64,000 nt of DNA from Sedimentisphaerales bacterium (lineage in GTDB: Bacteria; Planctomycetota; Phycisphaerae; Sedimentisphaerales; Anaerobacaceae), in assembly GCA_963708075.1 (NCBI GenBank), contig OY970194.1:6240001-6304000 (forward strand), given 5' to 3'. The notes beneath the pieces are model-generated. The model ran no database searches. It was not told the origin of the DNA and saw only the letters and a list, made by a program, of their open reading frames with translations. Each line of letters opens with the position of its first letter. The stretch's first letter is position 1. Of the stretch, positions 48,360-57,932 are shown piece after piece. The position numbers were made by a program, and so were the translations under genes.

Positions 48360-50666
48360 TTGGTGACGCGAAGAAGAATACTGATGAAGGGTCGAGTGCA
48401 GGGGGTCGGATTCCGGCCCACGGTGCACCGGCTGGCCATGCTGCTGGAGCTCAGCGGCTTTGTCTTGAACGACACGCTGGGTGTGACGATCGAACTGCAG
48501 GGACAGGAGCAGCGGATCGAGGAGTTCCTGAAGCGTCTGACGACATCGGACCGGCCGCCGCTGGCGGAGATCAAGTCGTGGGACGTTCTGGACATACCTG
48601 TGTCCGAGGGCGAGAAGGGGTTCGCAATCCACAAGAGCCGGGCCCAGGGCGCGGTGCTCTCGGAGGTCTCGGCTGATGTTGCGACCTGTGCGGATTGCCT
48701 GAGGGAGCTGTGGGACAAGAACGATTTTCGCTATCGCTATCCATTCATCAACTGCACCAACTGCGGGCCCAGATATTCTATCATCAAGACCATCCCCTAT
48801 GACCGGCCGAACACCACGATGTCGGTCTTCGAGATGTGTACGGCGTGTGCGGCTCAATATCACGACGTAGCCGACAGGCGATTTCACGCTCAGCCTGTGG
48901 CGTGTCCGCGATGCGGGCCGAGGGTCTGGCTCGCGGACCGTAGCGGCAAACCATTGCTGACGGGCAATGACGAGGCCATCGCAGAAGCGGCGCGATTGTT
49001 GCGGGCGGGCAAGGTCGTCGCGATCAAGGGGGTCGGTGGATTTCATCTGGCCTGCGATGCTCTGAACAATGACGCAGTGCTCCGATTGCGTCAGCGCAAG
49101 CGGCGAGACTACAAGCCCTTTGCAATGATGGCGGCTTCCGTGGATGCTGTGCGCAAGTACGCAGTCGTGGATCGCGCCGCTGAAGAAGTTCTCAGGACTC
49201 CGCAGAGTCCTATCGTGCTATTACCCAGGAGACCGGACGCCGCCATCGCGCCGGCGGTGGCGGAAGGCACGAGCACGCTCGGTTTCATGTTGTGCTACGC
49301 GCCTTTGCATTACCTGCTGTTCGCCGAAGGTCTGGATGCACTGGTGATGACGAGCGGAAACCTCTCCGATGAGCCGCTGATCTGCCGGAACGAGCTTGCC
49401 CTGGAGCGCCTCGGCGACGTGGCGGACGCATTCCTGATGCATGACCGCGAAATCTATCGACAGGTCGATGACTCGATTGTGCATTTCGTTGCCGGCGAGC
49501 CGGTCCTGTTGCGGCGGTCCAGAGGCTACGTGCCGACGCCAATCTATATGGCGGAAAGATCGCCGCAGGAGGTGTTGGCAGCCGGCGCGGATCTGAAGAA
49601 CACGTTCTGCCTCGTGAAGCAAAACCAGCTCATTCTCAGCGAGCACATCGGCGATCTCGAGGACGCCGAGGTCTATCATCATTACGTCCGCTCCATCGAG
49701 CACCTGAAGGGGCTGTTTGAGGTCCAGCCGCAGGTCGTCGCATGCGATCTCCATCCCGGCTATCTGTCCACGCAATACGCGAAATCGCTGCACGTCGCGA
49801 GGGTCATCGAGGTCCAGCATCATTGGGCGCACATCGCCTCGGTGCTGGCCGAGCACGGATTGGTCGGGCCGGTGATCGGTCTGGAGTGCGACGGCACGGG
49901 CTACGGCACGGATGGAGCCATCTGGGGATGCGAATGCATGATTGCCTCGCTGGCGAGCTTCGAGCGATTCGGCCATCTGGCGTACTACCCTCTGGCGGGC
50001 GGCGACAAGGCGAGTAAAGAGGCAGTCCGGCCGCTCCTGAGCCTGCTGCGACAGGCGTATGGCGAGGATTTCGCCCTTGCCGAATTTGCATGGTTGCTCG
50101 AACGCATCGAGCCGGATGAAAAGAAACTCAGGCTCATCGCGGAGCAGATCGACAAGGGCATCAACACCGTGAACACCTCCAGCCTCGGCAGGGTTTTCGA
50201 TGCTGTTGCCGCAATGATCGGCCTGGGAGAACGGAACCATTTTGATGCACAATTGCCGATGGCGCTGGAGTCCATAGCGCAGCGGGATGCCGACGATCGC
50301 TACGAGTACGATCTGCACCGTCCCGGTGGTGAACCAGTGCAACTGAGCCTTCGTAAGGCTCTGAGAGGATTGGTTGGCGACCTGAAGCGGGCAGAGACTC
50401 CGGCGATTATCTCCGCGAAGTTCCACAACACGCTCGTCGAGGCTTTGCTGGCCATGGCGAAGGCGGCCCGGGAGAGCACGCGACTGGAGACGGCAGCCCT
50501 GAGCGGCGGCGTCTTCTGCAACCGCTATCTGGTGAATCGCCTGGCAATGCGATTGAAACAGGAGGGGTTTACGGTATTATTGAATCGCGTTGTCCCGTCC
50601 AACGACGGGGGTATCGCGCTCGGCCAGGCGGCCATTGCAGCTCATATTCTCAACATGGATTCATAA
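48360..50666 (+). CDS. hypF: Carbamoyltransferase HypF
   Basis: GRVQGVGFRP, CADC..CTNCGPR, RRFHAQPVACPRCGP, QHHWAH, PSNDGGIALGQA. Confidence 0.96.
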   Translation: MVTRRRILMKGRVQGVGFRPTVHRLAMLLELSGFVLNDTLGVTIELQGQEQRIEEFLKRLTTSDRPPLAEIKSWDVLDIPVSEGEKGFAIHKSRAQGAVLSEVSADVATCADCLRELWDKNDFRYRYPFINCTNCGPRYSIIKTIPYDRPNTTMSVFEMCTACAAQYHDVADRRFHAQPVACPRCGPRVWLADRSGKPLLTGNDEAIAEAARLLRAGKVVAIKGVGGFHLACDALNNDAVLRLRQRKRRDYKPFAMMAASVDAVRKYAVVDRAAEEVLRTPQSPIVLLPRRPDAAIAPAVAEGTSTLGFMLCYAPLHYLLFAEGLDALVMTSGNLSDEPLICRNELALERLGDVADAFLMHDREIYRQVDDSIVHFVAGEPVLLRRSRGYVPTPIYMAERSPQEVLAAGADLKNTFCLVKQNQLILSEHIGDLEDAEVYHHYVRSIEHLKGLFEVQPQVVACDLHPGYLSTQYAKSLHVARVIEVQHHWAHIASVLAEHGLVGPVIGLECDGTGYGTDGAIWGCECMIASLASFERFGHLAYYPLAGGDKASKEAVRPLLSLLRQAYGEDFALAEFAWLLERIEPDEKKLRLIAEQIDKGINTVNTSSLGRVFDAVAAMIGLGERNHFDAQLPMALESIAQRDADDRYEYDLHRPGGEPVQLSLRKALRGLVGDLKRAETPAIISAKFHNTLVEALLAMAKAARESTRLETAALSGGVFCNRYLVNRLAMRLKQEGFTVLLNRVVPSNDGGIALGQAAIAAHILNMDS

Positions 50667-50681
50667 GAGGATATACACACG

Positions 50682-50924
50682 ATGTGTTTGGCAGTACCGG
50701 CACGGATCATTGAACTGGTGGATGACAGGGCGGTTGTCGATGCGATGGGCAATCGCTGGAAGGCCAAGACCACGCTTTTGCCCGACGCGAAGCTTGGGGA
50801 TGTCGTGCTGGTGCACGCCGGCTTCGCCATCGCGCTGGTCGATGAGGAGGAGGCCAAGAGGACCTGGGAGCTTTTCGCCGAGATCGAGAACTTCGAAAAG
50901 ACATCGAACAAGGTGTCGGGATAG
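50682..50924 (+). CDS. hypC: Hydrogenase assembly chaperone HypC
   Basis: MCLAVP..VLVHAGFAI. Confidence 0.96.
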   Translation: MCLAVPARIIELVDDRAVVDAMGNRWKAKTTLLPDAKLGDVVLVHAGFAIALVDEEEAKRTWELFAEIENFEKTSNKVSG

Positions 50925-50929
50925 CCTGC

Positions 50930-52000
50930 ATGCTGGACAGGATCGCCAAAGCGCAACATACCATCGACGAGGCCTGCAAAAGGCTGGATCGGCAGATCAC
51001 GATCATGGAGGTCTGCGGGACGCACACAGTGTCCATCTTCCGCAGCGGGATTCGATCCACGCTGCCCGAGCGGTTGAAGCTGCTGTCGGGTCCGGGCTGC
51101 CCCGTCTGCGTCACGGACCAGGGCTACATCGACACGGTGCTGCAGTTGGCGGACCGGGACGACTGCATCATCGCCACCTACGGCGACATGATCCGCGTGC
51201 CGGGCAGCGATGGCTCGCTCGAAGCGCGGGCCTCCAACGGCAACGTGAAGGTCGTCCTGAGCAGCGAGGATGCACTTCAACTGGCGAGAGAAAACCCCGG
51301 CAAGATCGTCGTATTCATCGCAGTCGGATTTGAGACGACCACGCCGGCCAGCGCTGTCGCCGTCAAGGAGGCGGCGGCGGAAGGCATCGCGAACTTCTGC
51401 ATTCTCAGCGGGCACAAGCTGGTGCTTCCCGCGATGCGGGTGCTGCTGGACGGCATGAACGATCGCATCGATGCCTTCCTGTGCCCGGGACATGTCAGCA
51501 CGATCATCGGCTGGGGCGCATTCGCGGAGATCGTGAACGAATATCATCGGCCCTGCGTGGTCGCGGGCTTTGAGCCGGTGCAGATCATCGAGGGCATAGC
51601 GGAGATTTGCCGTCAGCTCGCGGCGGGCAAGCCCGAGCTGGCGTCTGTCTACAAGGCCGTCGTCAAGGAGAAGGGCAACGCCGCGGCTCAGCAGATCGTC
51701 GAGGAATGCTTTGAGCCGGTGGATGGCTACTGGCGCGGGGTCGGCAAGATTGGCAAGAGCACGCTCGCACTGAGAGAGAAGTACGGCCAGTTCGATGCGT
51801 TCCGGCGATTCGGCCTGGAGGATAAGCCGGGCAAGGAGAACCCTGGATGCCGGTGCGGCGAGGTCCTGTGTGGGTTGATCGAGCCGATGGAATGTCCGCT
51901 GTTCGGCACGCGGTGCACCATCGACAAGCCCGTCGGCCCGTGCATGGTCAGCTCGGAGGGGACCTGTGCGGCGTGGTTCAAGTACGGGCGGAGGAAATAG
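50930..52000 (+). CDS. hypD: Hydrogenase formation protein HypD
   Basis: MEVCGTH, GPGCPVC, GFETT, PGHVS, CMVSSEGTC. Confidence 0.97.
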   Translation: MLDRIAKAQHTIDEACKRLDRQITIMEVCGTHTVSIFRSGIRSTLPERLKLLSGPGCPVCVTDQGYIDTVLQLADRDDCIIATYGDMIRVPGSDGSLEARASNGNVKVVLSSEDALQLARENPGKIVVFIAVGFETTTPASAVAVKEAAAEGIANFCILSGHKLVLPAMRVLLDGMNDRIDAFLCPGHVSTIIGWGAFAEIVNEYHRPCVVAGFEPVQIIEGIAEICRQLAAGKPELASVYKAVVKEKGNAAAQQIVEECFEPVDGYWRGVGKIGKSTLALREKYGQFDAFRRFGLEDKPGKENPGCRCGEVLCGLIEPMECPLFGTRCTIDKPVGPCMVSSEGTCAAWFKYGRRK

Positions 52001-52007
52001 CTCAGCG

Positions 52008-53024
52008 ATGGCGAATCCGGAAAGAATCCTGCTCGCTCACGGCGGGGGAGGCCGGCTCAGCAGCCAGCTCATCCGCGAGCATATTGTGCCGAAATTCAGG
52101 AACGACGCGCTCTCCGAGCTTGCCGATTCGGCCCACTTGAGACTGCCTTCCAGCGACATCTGCTTCACGACGGACAGCTATGTGGTCAAGCCCCTGTTCT
52201 TCCGGGGCGGGGACATCGGCAAGCTCGCCGTCTGCGGGACGGTGAACGATCTGGCGGTGTCCGGGGCAAGGCCGGTGGCTCTGTCTCTGGCGCTGATCCT
52301 TGAGGAAGGCTTCGAGTTCGAGCTTCTGGACAGAATCCTGCACAGCGTCAGCGAAGCGGCCCAACACAACCACGTCACAATCGTAACGGGCGACACGAAG
52401 ACCGTCGAACACGGCTCGGCGGACGGCATCTTCATCAACACCGCGGGTATCGGCGTCCGGCTGCCAAATGTGAATCCCGGGCTCGACAAGGTCGAGGTCG
52501 GCGACAGAATCCTCCTCAGCGGCACGATTGGCGACCACGGCATGACAATCGTCTCTCAGCGCGAAGGGATTGCCTTCGAATCACCGCTGGAGAGCGATTG
52601 CGCGGGACTGGCCGAGCTGACGTGTGCGCTGTTCGAAAATGTGCCGGGCATCCGATTCATGCGGGACCCGACGCGAGGCGGACTGGCGGCGACGCTGAAC
52701 GAGGTTGTCGAGGGCAGCCGGCGGAGCGTGGAGATTGACGAGAGGGCGATTCGTGTCCGGCCTGCGGTTCAAGCGGCTGCGGACATGCTCGGATTTGACG
52801 TGCTGAATGCCGCGAACGAAGGAAAATTCGTCGCGGTTGTGTCCCCGGATACAGCGGATCAGTGCCTGCAAATCTGCCGGGAGCATCCGCTGGGTCGCGA
52901 GGCGAGTATCATCGGCGAGATCGTGCAGACGCGCGACGTCCCTCTTGTGGAGATGAAGACCAAGATAGGCGGCCGGCGCATCGTGCAAATGCCCTACGGG
53001 CGGGAATTGCCGAGGATCTGCTGA
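52008..53024 (+). CDS. hypE: Hydrogenase maturation protein HypE
   Basis: HGGGG, TDSYVV, RDPTRGG, ANEGK, C-terminal LPRIC. Confidence 0.97.
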   Translation: MANPERILLAHGGGGRLSSQLIREHIVPKFRNDALSELADSAHLRLPSSDICFTTDSYVVKPLFFRGGDIGKLAVCGTVNDLAVSGARPVALSLALILEEGFEFELLDRILHSVSEAAQHNHVTIVTGDTKTVEHGSADGIFINTAGIGVRLPNVNPGLDKVEVGDRILLSGTIGDHGMTIVSQREGIAFESPLESDCAGLAELTCALFENVPGIRFMRDPTRGGLAATLNEVVEGSRRSVEIDERAIRVRPAVQAAADMLGFDVLNAANEGKFVAVVSPDTADQCLQICREHPLGREASIIGEIVQTRDVPLVEMKTKIGGRRIVQMPYGRELPRIC

Positions 53025-53413
53025 TGCACGAGGCCGCCATGGCGCAAAACCTGGTGGAGGTGATCTCGCAGGAGGCCCGCAAGTACGGCGCCAAGCCGAT
53101 CCGCGCCAAAATGAGCTGCGGCATGCTGAACGCCGTCAACGACGATGTGCTCGCGTTTGCCTTTGAAGCGGTTGCCCGGGGCACGCCCTGCGAAGGAATG
53201 CAACTGCAGATCGAGCATAAGCCCCTGCAGGCGAAGTGCAGGACCTGCGGCAGAGTCTTCGCCGTGGACTTATCCAACGTAAAATGTCCAAGCTGTGGCA
53301 AGGACAATTTCGGGTTGCTTCCGGATGCCCCTTTGCTTCTGGAACAGATCGAGTTTGAAGGAGTAGACGATGACCAAGGTGAACGTCGGCAGGAAGATAC
53401 TGAGCGCCAATGA
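53024..53413 (+). CDS. hypA: Nickel insertion protein HypA
   Basis: MHE..CRTC..CPSC. Confidence 0.92.
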   Translation: MHEAAMAQNLVEVISQEARKYGAKPIRAKMSCGMLNAVNDDVLAFAFEAVARGTPCEGMQLQIEHKPLQAKCRTCGRVFAVDLSNVKCPSCGKDNFGLLPDAPLLLEQIEFEGVDDDQGERRQEDTERQ

Positions 53414-54029
53414 GACATATGCGCGGAAGAACAGCGAGCTGCTGACTCAACACGGCAATCGCTGCTTCAACATGATCTCCTCTCCGGGCTCCGGCAAGAC
53501 GACGCTCCTGGTGCGCACGATCAGCGATCTCGCAGGCACCGTCAAGATCGGCGTGATCGAAGGTGACATACAGACGGATATCGATGCCCAGCGGATCCGG
53601 GCCACGAATGCACCGGCCATTCAGATCATTACGGAAGGCGCATGCCACTTGTCCGCCACACAGGTGCATCAGGCTTTGCAGAAGCTGCCTCTCAATACTC
53701 TGAATCTACTTTTCATCGAGAACGTTGGCAATCTGGTGTGCCCATCATCGTTCGAGTTGGGTGAAGATGGGAAGATTGTGGTGCTCTCCGTCGCGGAGGG
53801 CGACGACAAGCCTGTCAAGTATCCGGCGATCTTTGCGAAGTCGAAAGTCCTGCTCGTGAACAAAATCGATCTGCTCGCCGGCGCGATGGTCGATTTCAAT
53901 ATTGAACGTGTCAAAGCAGATGCGCGGCGATTGAACAAGGACATCGAGATATTCCCGGTTTCTGCCAGGACCGGCGAGGGGATGCAGGCCTGGTACGACT
54001 GGCTCAAAGGACAGATCGCCAAGTCGTGA
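53370..54029 (+). CDS. hypB: Nickel incorporation GTPase HypB
   Basis: SSPGSGKT, VIEGD, ACHL, ENVGNLVCP, DKPVKYP, NKIDL. Confidence 0.96.
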   Translation: MTKVNVGRKILSANETYARKNSELLTQHGNRCFNMISSPGSGKTTLLVRTISDLAGTVKIGVIEGDIQTDIDAQRIRATNAPAIQIITEGACHLSATQVHQALQKLPLNTLNLLFIENVGNLVCPSSFELGEDGKIVVLSVAEGDDKPVKYPAIFAKSKVLLVNKIDLLAGAMVDFNIERVKADARRLNKDIEIFPVSARTGEGMQAWYDWLKGQIAKS

Positions 54030-54044
54030 TCGTCGACTCAGCTC

Positions 54045-54674
54045 TCAGGCGTCTATCCGCCGGTAGAGGCCGTGTTGGCGGATATACTCGATTACATCGG
54101 GATAGAGCATTCCGCGAAGGTCTTCACCGGCAGCTAAGCGTCTCCGCACCTCCGTGCTGCTGATATCGATCAGCGGTGTTTGCACGATGTTGCGCTTGAG
54201 CTTTGCCACTCGCTCCAGTCCCCACAGGGAGATAAATCGCTCGAAATCCGGCGGCGCGTAGCCGGCTCGCTGCATCGTTGTCAGGTTGCACTCGTCAATC
54301 AGCTCGCGAACCTTGTACCAGTGGACGAGGTCTCCAACGCTGTCGGCGCCGAGCAGCCAGTGAATCGATGTCTCCGGACCGTACTGACGCTTGAACTGTC
54401 GCACGGTATCGAGCGTGTAGCTGGGGGCCGGCCGCTTCAACTCACAATCGCTCACCGCGAAATTGTCGCGTCCTGCAATCGCCAGCGTGATCATCGCGAG
54501 CCGATCTTCATCGCCGGCGTGAGGAGAGAATCCCTTGAGCGGAGAACATTTCGCGGGGATGAAGATCAGTTTCTCCGCGCCGATTTGTGCGGCCGCCGCC
54601 TCGGCCACTGTCGTGTGACCGAGATGAATCGGATCGAACGTGCCGCCGAACAACGCTACTCTCTTTTCTGTCAT
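54045..54674 (-). CDS. nadD: Nicotinate-nucleotide adenylyltransferase
   Basis: GGTFDPIHLGH, SYTLDT, GAD, ISSTEVR. Confidence 0.95.
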   Translation of the reverse strand: MTEKRVALFGGTFDPIHLGHTTVAEAAAAQIGAEKLIFIPAKCSPLKGFSPHAGDEDRLAMITLAIAGRDNFAVSDCELKRPAPSYTLDTVRQFKRQYGPETSIHWLLGADSVGDLVHWYKVRELIDECNLTTMQRAGYAPPDFERFISLWGLERVAKLKRNIVQTPLIDISSTEVRRRLAAGEDLRGMLYPDVIEYIRQHGLYRRIDA

Positions 54675-55098
54675 CAACAAGTAACAGCAAATCTGTGTTT
54701 TCTTTTCTCACGACGCACTGTATCCACGGCAACGTGTCATGCTCGTCACCACGGTAAGGAAACACGCCGCGCGCGAAAAGTCAAGCTGCTTTTATCTATC
54801 GTCGTGCGCGAGCGCACCGCGAGGGCGCGCATTGCGCAGAGTGGCAACGTCATAGCGCAAAACGATTCACCTTTGGCTATTTCATCTCCTGTATTTCGTA
54901 AATGCAGTGACGCGCGCGAAGGCGCACAAAAAACTTTTTATGAAGTAATTTGAAATATCTTGACGATAAAGAATAGAAGAATTGTCATTACCATTTCTCA
55001 TAATGATATTGACAAAGGGTTGGCTGGCAATTGTAGTAGGATAAAATGTAGCACATTCGGAACGCAACATTAGTGGTCAGCGTAAAAGGAGAAAAGTA

Positions 55099-55194
55099 AT
55101 GGCCAAGAAAGCAAAGAAGAAAGCAGCAAAGAAGACCACGAAGAAGAAGACAGCCAAGAAGGCAAAGAAGAAGACAGCGAAGAAGAAGAAATAA
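55099..55194 (+). CDS. 31-aa Lys/Ala-rich histone-H1-like microprotein
   Basis: AGGAG RBS at 55087; MAKKAKKKAAKKTTKKKTAKKAKKKTAKKKK; not in ORF track. Confidence 0.8.
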   Translation: MAKKAKKKAAKKTTKKKTAKKAKKKTAKKKK

Positions 55195-55340
55195 CACGAG
55201 TACATCATCAGGAGTCTGCTGACTCGGTGTGTCGGCCGCGAAGGGCTTTTGATACAACGAATCGCAGCGCTTGAGCCGGCAGAAGAAATCGAGCCGCGAT
55301 CAACAAGAGCCGTCAAGATTGCAGCAGGCTTTGAAGAAAT

Positions 55341-55379
55341 GGAAGACTTCCCGTGGGTAGGAAGTCTTCCGTTTTTTTT
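55341..55379 (+). terminator. Rho-independent terminator
   Basis: GGAAGACTTCC / GGAAGTCTTCC stem followed by T8. Confidence 0.85.
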
Positions 55380-55490
55380 GTCCGGGCTCGGCGGATCGAG
55401 AGTGGGAGGAAGCATCGCATCCCATTGGCAGCTCTCACTGTGTCTGTGAAAGTAACCTGGCAGTCGGGGGGCCGCGGCAAGCGGAGCTTG

Positions 55491-55645
55491 GTACGTGTTT
55501 AGCCTGGACGCGCCCAGTCCTGGGTGGCACGGGCAAACTTGTTTGCCCGTGGGGTCTCGATTGACCAGACTCGGTCGAATGAGCACCGTCAAACGAGTTT
55601 GGCGGTGCCACCCGGCGAACGGCGGGCTTCACGCTAAACACGTAC
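55491..55645. mobile_element. 155-bp MITE with perfect 13-bp TIR and 8-bp TSD
   Basis: GTACGTGTTTAGC / GCTAAACACGTAC; GGAGCTTG at 55483-55490 and 55646-55653. Confidence 0.9.
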
Positions 55646-55825
55646 GGAGCTTGCCGATGGTGCTGCGCATCTGAGGAGCCATCGGCACAGAGCCCATAGA
55701 CCTGCACAGACGCCATCCATCCGGCTTCTTGTAATTCGCCTCCATTGTCGTATACTGTTGCGCGTCTGTACTGTCCATGCGATGCGGCAGCCAGGTTCAA
55801 AAACAGCGTTTCGAGGAATGAGTCG

Positions 55826-57107
55826 ATGGATTTCTTTCGCTACAAAGACGGCAGGCTGTACGTCGAGGATGTTGCGGCGGAGCGTATTGCCCGCGAGGTC
55901 GGCACCCCCGCGTACATCTACAGCAAGGCCACGTTCGAACACCATCTGCGGCAGATACAGCAGGCTTACAGGGAGCTGAGTACAACCGTGTGTTTCTCCG
56001 TCAAGGCCTGCGGCAACGTGCACATCCTCAGGCTCATGGCCGCCCTGGGCAGCGGATTCGACATCGTCAGCGGCGGTGAGTTGTATCGCGTCCTCCAGGC
56101 GGGAGGGGATGTGGCCAAAGTAGTCTACGCCGGCGTGGGGAAGACCGACGACGAGATCATTCAGGGGCTCAACGCCGGCATCGGATACTTCAACATCGAG
56201 TCGGAGCAGGAATTGGAGAACCTCATCCGGCTGGTCGAGCGGAATGCGCTGAAGATGAAGCCGAAGGCCGCGCTGCGCGTCAATCCGGATATTGACTACA
56301 AGACCCACGCCTTCCTGACCACGGGGAAGAAGGAAACGAAATTCGGGGTCGATATCGAGCGAGCGCTGGCCGTGTTTGACCGCTATGGCGATAATCCCTT
56401 CGTCAGGCTCTGTGCCGTTCACGTGCATCTGGGCACTGGCGGCAAGACCATCGACCCGTATGTAAATGCCGTGCAAAAGATCATGCCTCTGATCGACGCG
56501 CTGCGCCAGAGGGGCCACACAGTGGAAGCCCTGGACCTGGGCGGCGGCTACGGCGCCGACTACGAGACGGAAACCGTGCCTTCGGCGGACGAGTACGCCG
56601 CGGGCATCGTCCCCTTATTGAAGGGCAAGGACCTCAAGCTCATTCTCGAGCCGGGCAAAAGCATCTGCGCCAATGCGGGCATTCTGCTGACCCGCGTGCT
56701 CTACACGAAGCAGGGGGGCAGCAAGAAATTCGTCATCGTCGATGCAGGCATGAACGATCTGATCCGCCCGTCGCTGTACGATGCGTTCCATTTCATCTGG
56801 CCGGCGCAGGTGGAGCCTCGGCTTGTGCCCACGGCGCGCAGCAAAGACCTGAAGCTCGAAGGATGCGAGATTGTCGATGTGGTCGGGCCGATCTGCGAAG
56901 GCGCCGATTTCTTTGCCAAGGACCGATCGATGCCGCCGGTCCAGCGGGGCGATCTCGTCTCGATCTTCACTGCGGGAGCCTACGGCTTTACGATGAGCAG
57001 CAACTACAACGCCCGGCCGCGCCCCGGAGATCCTCGTGGACGGCGGCCGCTTCACCCTCATTCGCAGACGCGAAACCTACGAAGACCTGACGGCCCTGGA
57101 GCAGTAG
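55826..57107 (+). CDS. lysA: Diaminopimelate decarboxylase, frameshift near 57020
   Basis: FSVKA, FDIVSGGE, KFG, DLGGG, EPG, VVGPICE, GAYGFTMSSNYN; canonical tail EILVDG..IRRRETYEDL lies in another frame. Confidence 0.93.
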
Positions 57108-57125
57108 GCACGTTCGGCTCGTGCA

Positions 57126-57527
57126 TTAAAGCGACTCCAGAACCAACCTGCGGACCTTTTCGGCCAGTTGAATCGCTTGTAGAGCGTCGGTGCTGGTTAC
57201 ACTGAGGAAATCGCCCGGATAGCGAACATCGACACCATAGTTTGTCAGAACGATGACGTCGCGCAAAGACTCGGACAGCTTGCTGTCAACCGAGGCGATC
57301 AGGTCGAGTAGCTCATCTATATCATGCGTTTTTGGGAACTCCACCTGACGACGAGTCAGGAACGCCTTCAGATATTTCTCTGCGGCTTGCTGTGAATGGA
57401 AACAAACCGTGGATAGAAAAGTCTCTCCATAGGTGATGAGGGACTTAGCGGCGTTGAAGTCTTCCTCCGCCTTCAGCAGCCACTGGCGCACGAATTCGTC
57501 CCGCACTTGATCAGGCGGCCTCTTCAT
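57126..57527 (-). CDS. HEPN domain protein (COG2250-like)
   Basis: FHSQQAAEKYLKA..KTHDI..RYP. Confidence 0.9.
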   Translation of the reverse strand: MKRPPDQVRDEFVRQWLLKAEEDFNAAKSLITYGETFLSTVCFHSQQAAEKYLKAFLTRRQVEFPKTHDIDELLDLIASVDSKLSESLRDVIVLTNYGVDVRYPGDFLSVTSTDALQAIQLAEKVRRLVLESL

Positions 57528-57882
57528 AAATCACCTTGCCGTACTTGTTGGCTGGATAGGCGATACCGCCAATGACGTCCTTGCTCTCCTCAAACCGCTC
57601 GACAGCCATGACGATAATATCGAATGGATAACCCAGCCCGCGCATAGCCTCGTGAATCCGAACACTCTCTTTGCGGGTATCGCCCGGAGCAGACTCAAGC
57701 ACCAGCAGGTCAACATCACTGTCTCTGGTCATCTGTCCGGTAGCGGCGGAACCAAAGAGAATGATTCGTTGCGGCTGGGCTACGTCCACGATGCGTTTGA
57801 CGATTTCATTGACCAGTGTCTCACTTATTCCCACACGCACCTCACTGCTGATTTCCCGATTGAAACGCTGTTCAGATGCCAT
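57511..57882 (-). CDS. Minimal nucleotidyltransferase (MNT); start uncertain
   Basis: IILFGSAATGQMTRDSDVDLLV. Confidence 0.88.
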   Translation of the reverse strand: MASEQRFNREISSEVRVGISETLVNEIVKRIVDVAQPQRIILFGSAATGQMTRDSDVDLLVLESAPGDTRKESVRIHEAMRGLGYPFDIIVMAVERFEESKDVIGGIAYPANKYGKVIYEEAA

Positions 57883-57932
57883 TCTCGTAACCGATTATTA
57901 CAGCAGTTGGCTTGCCGTCGGTCAACGGTTTT

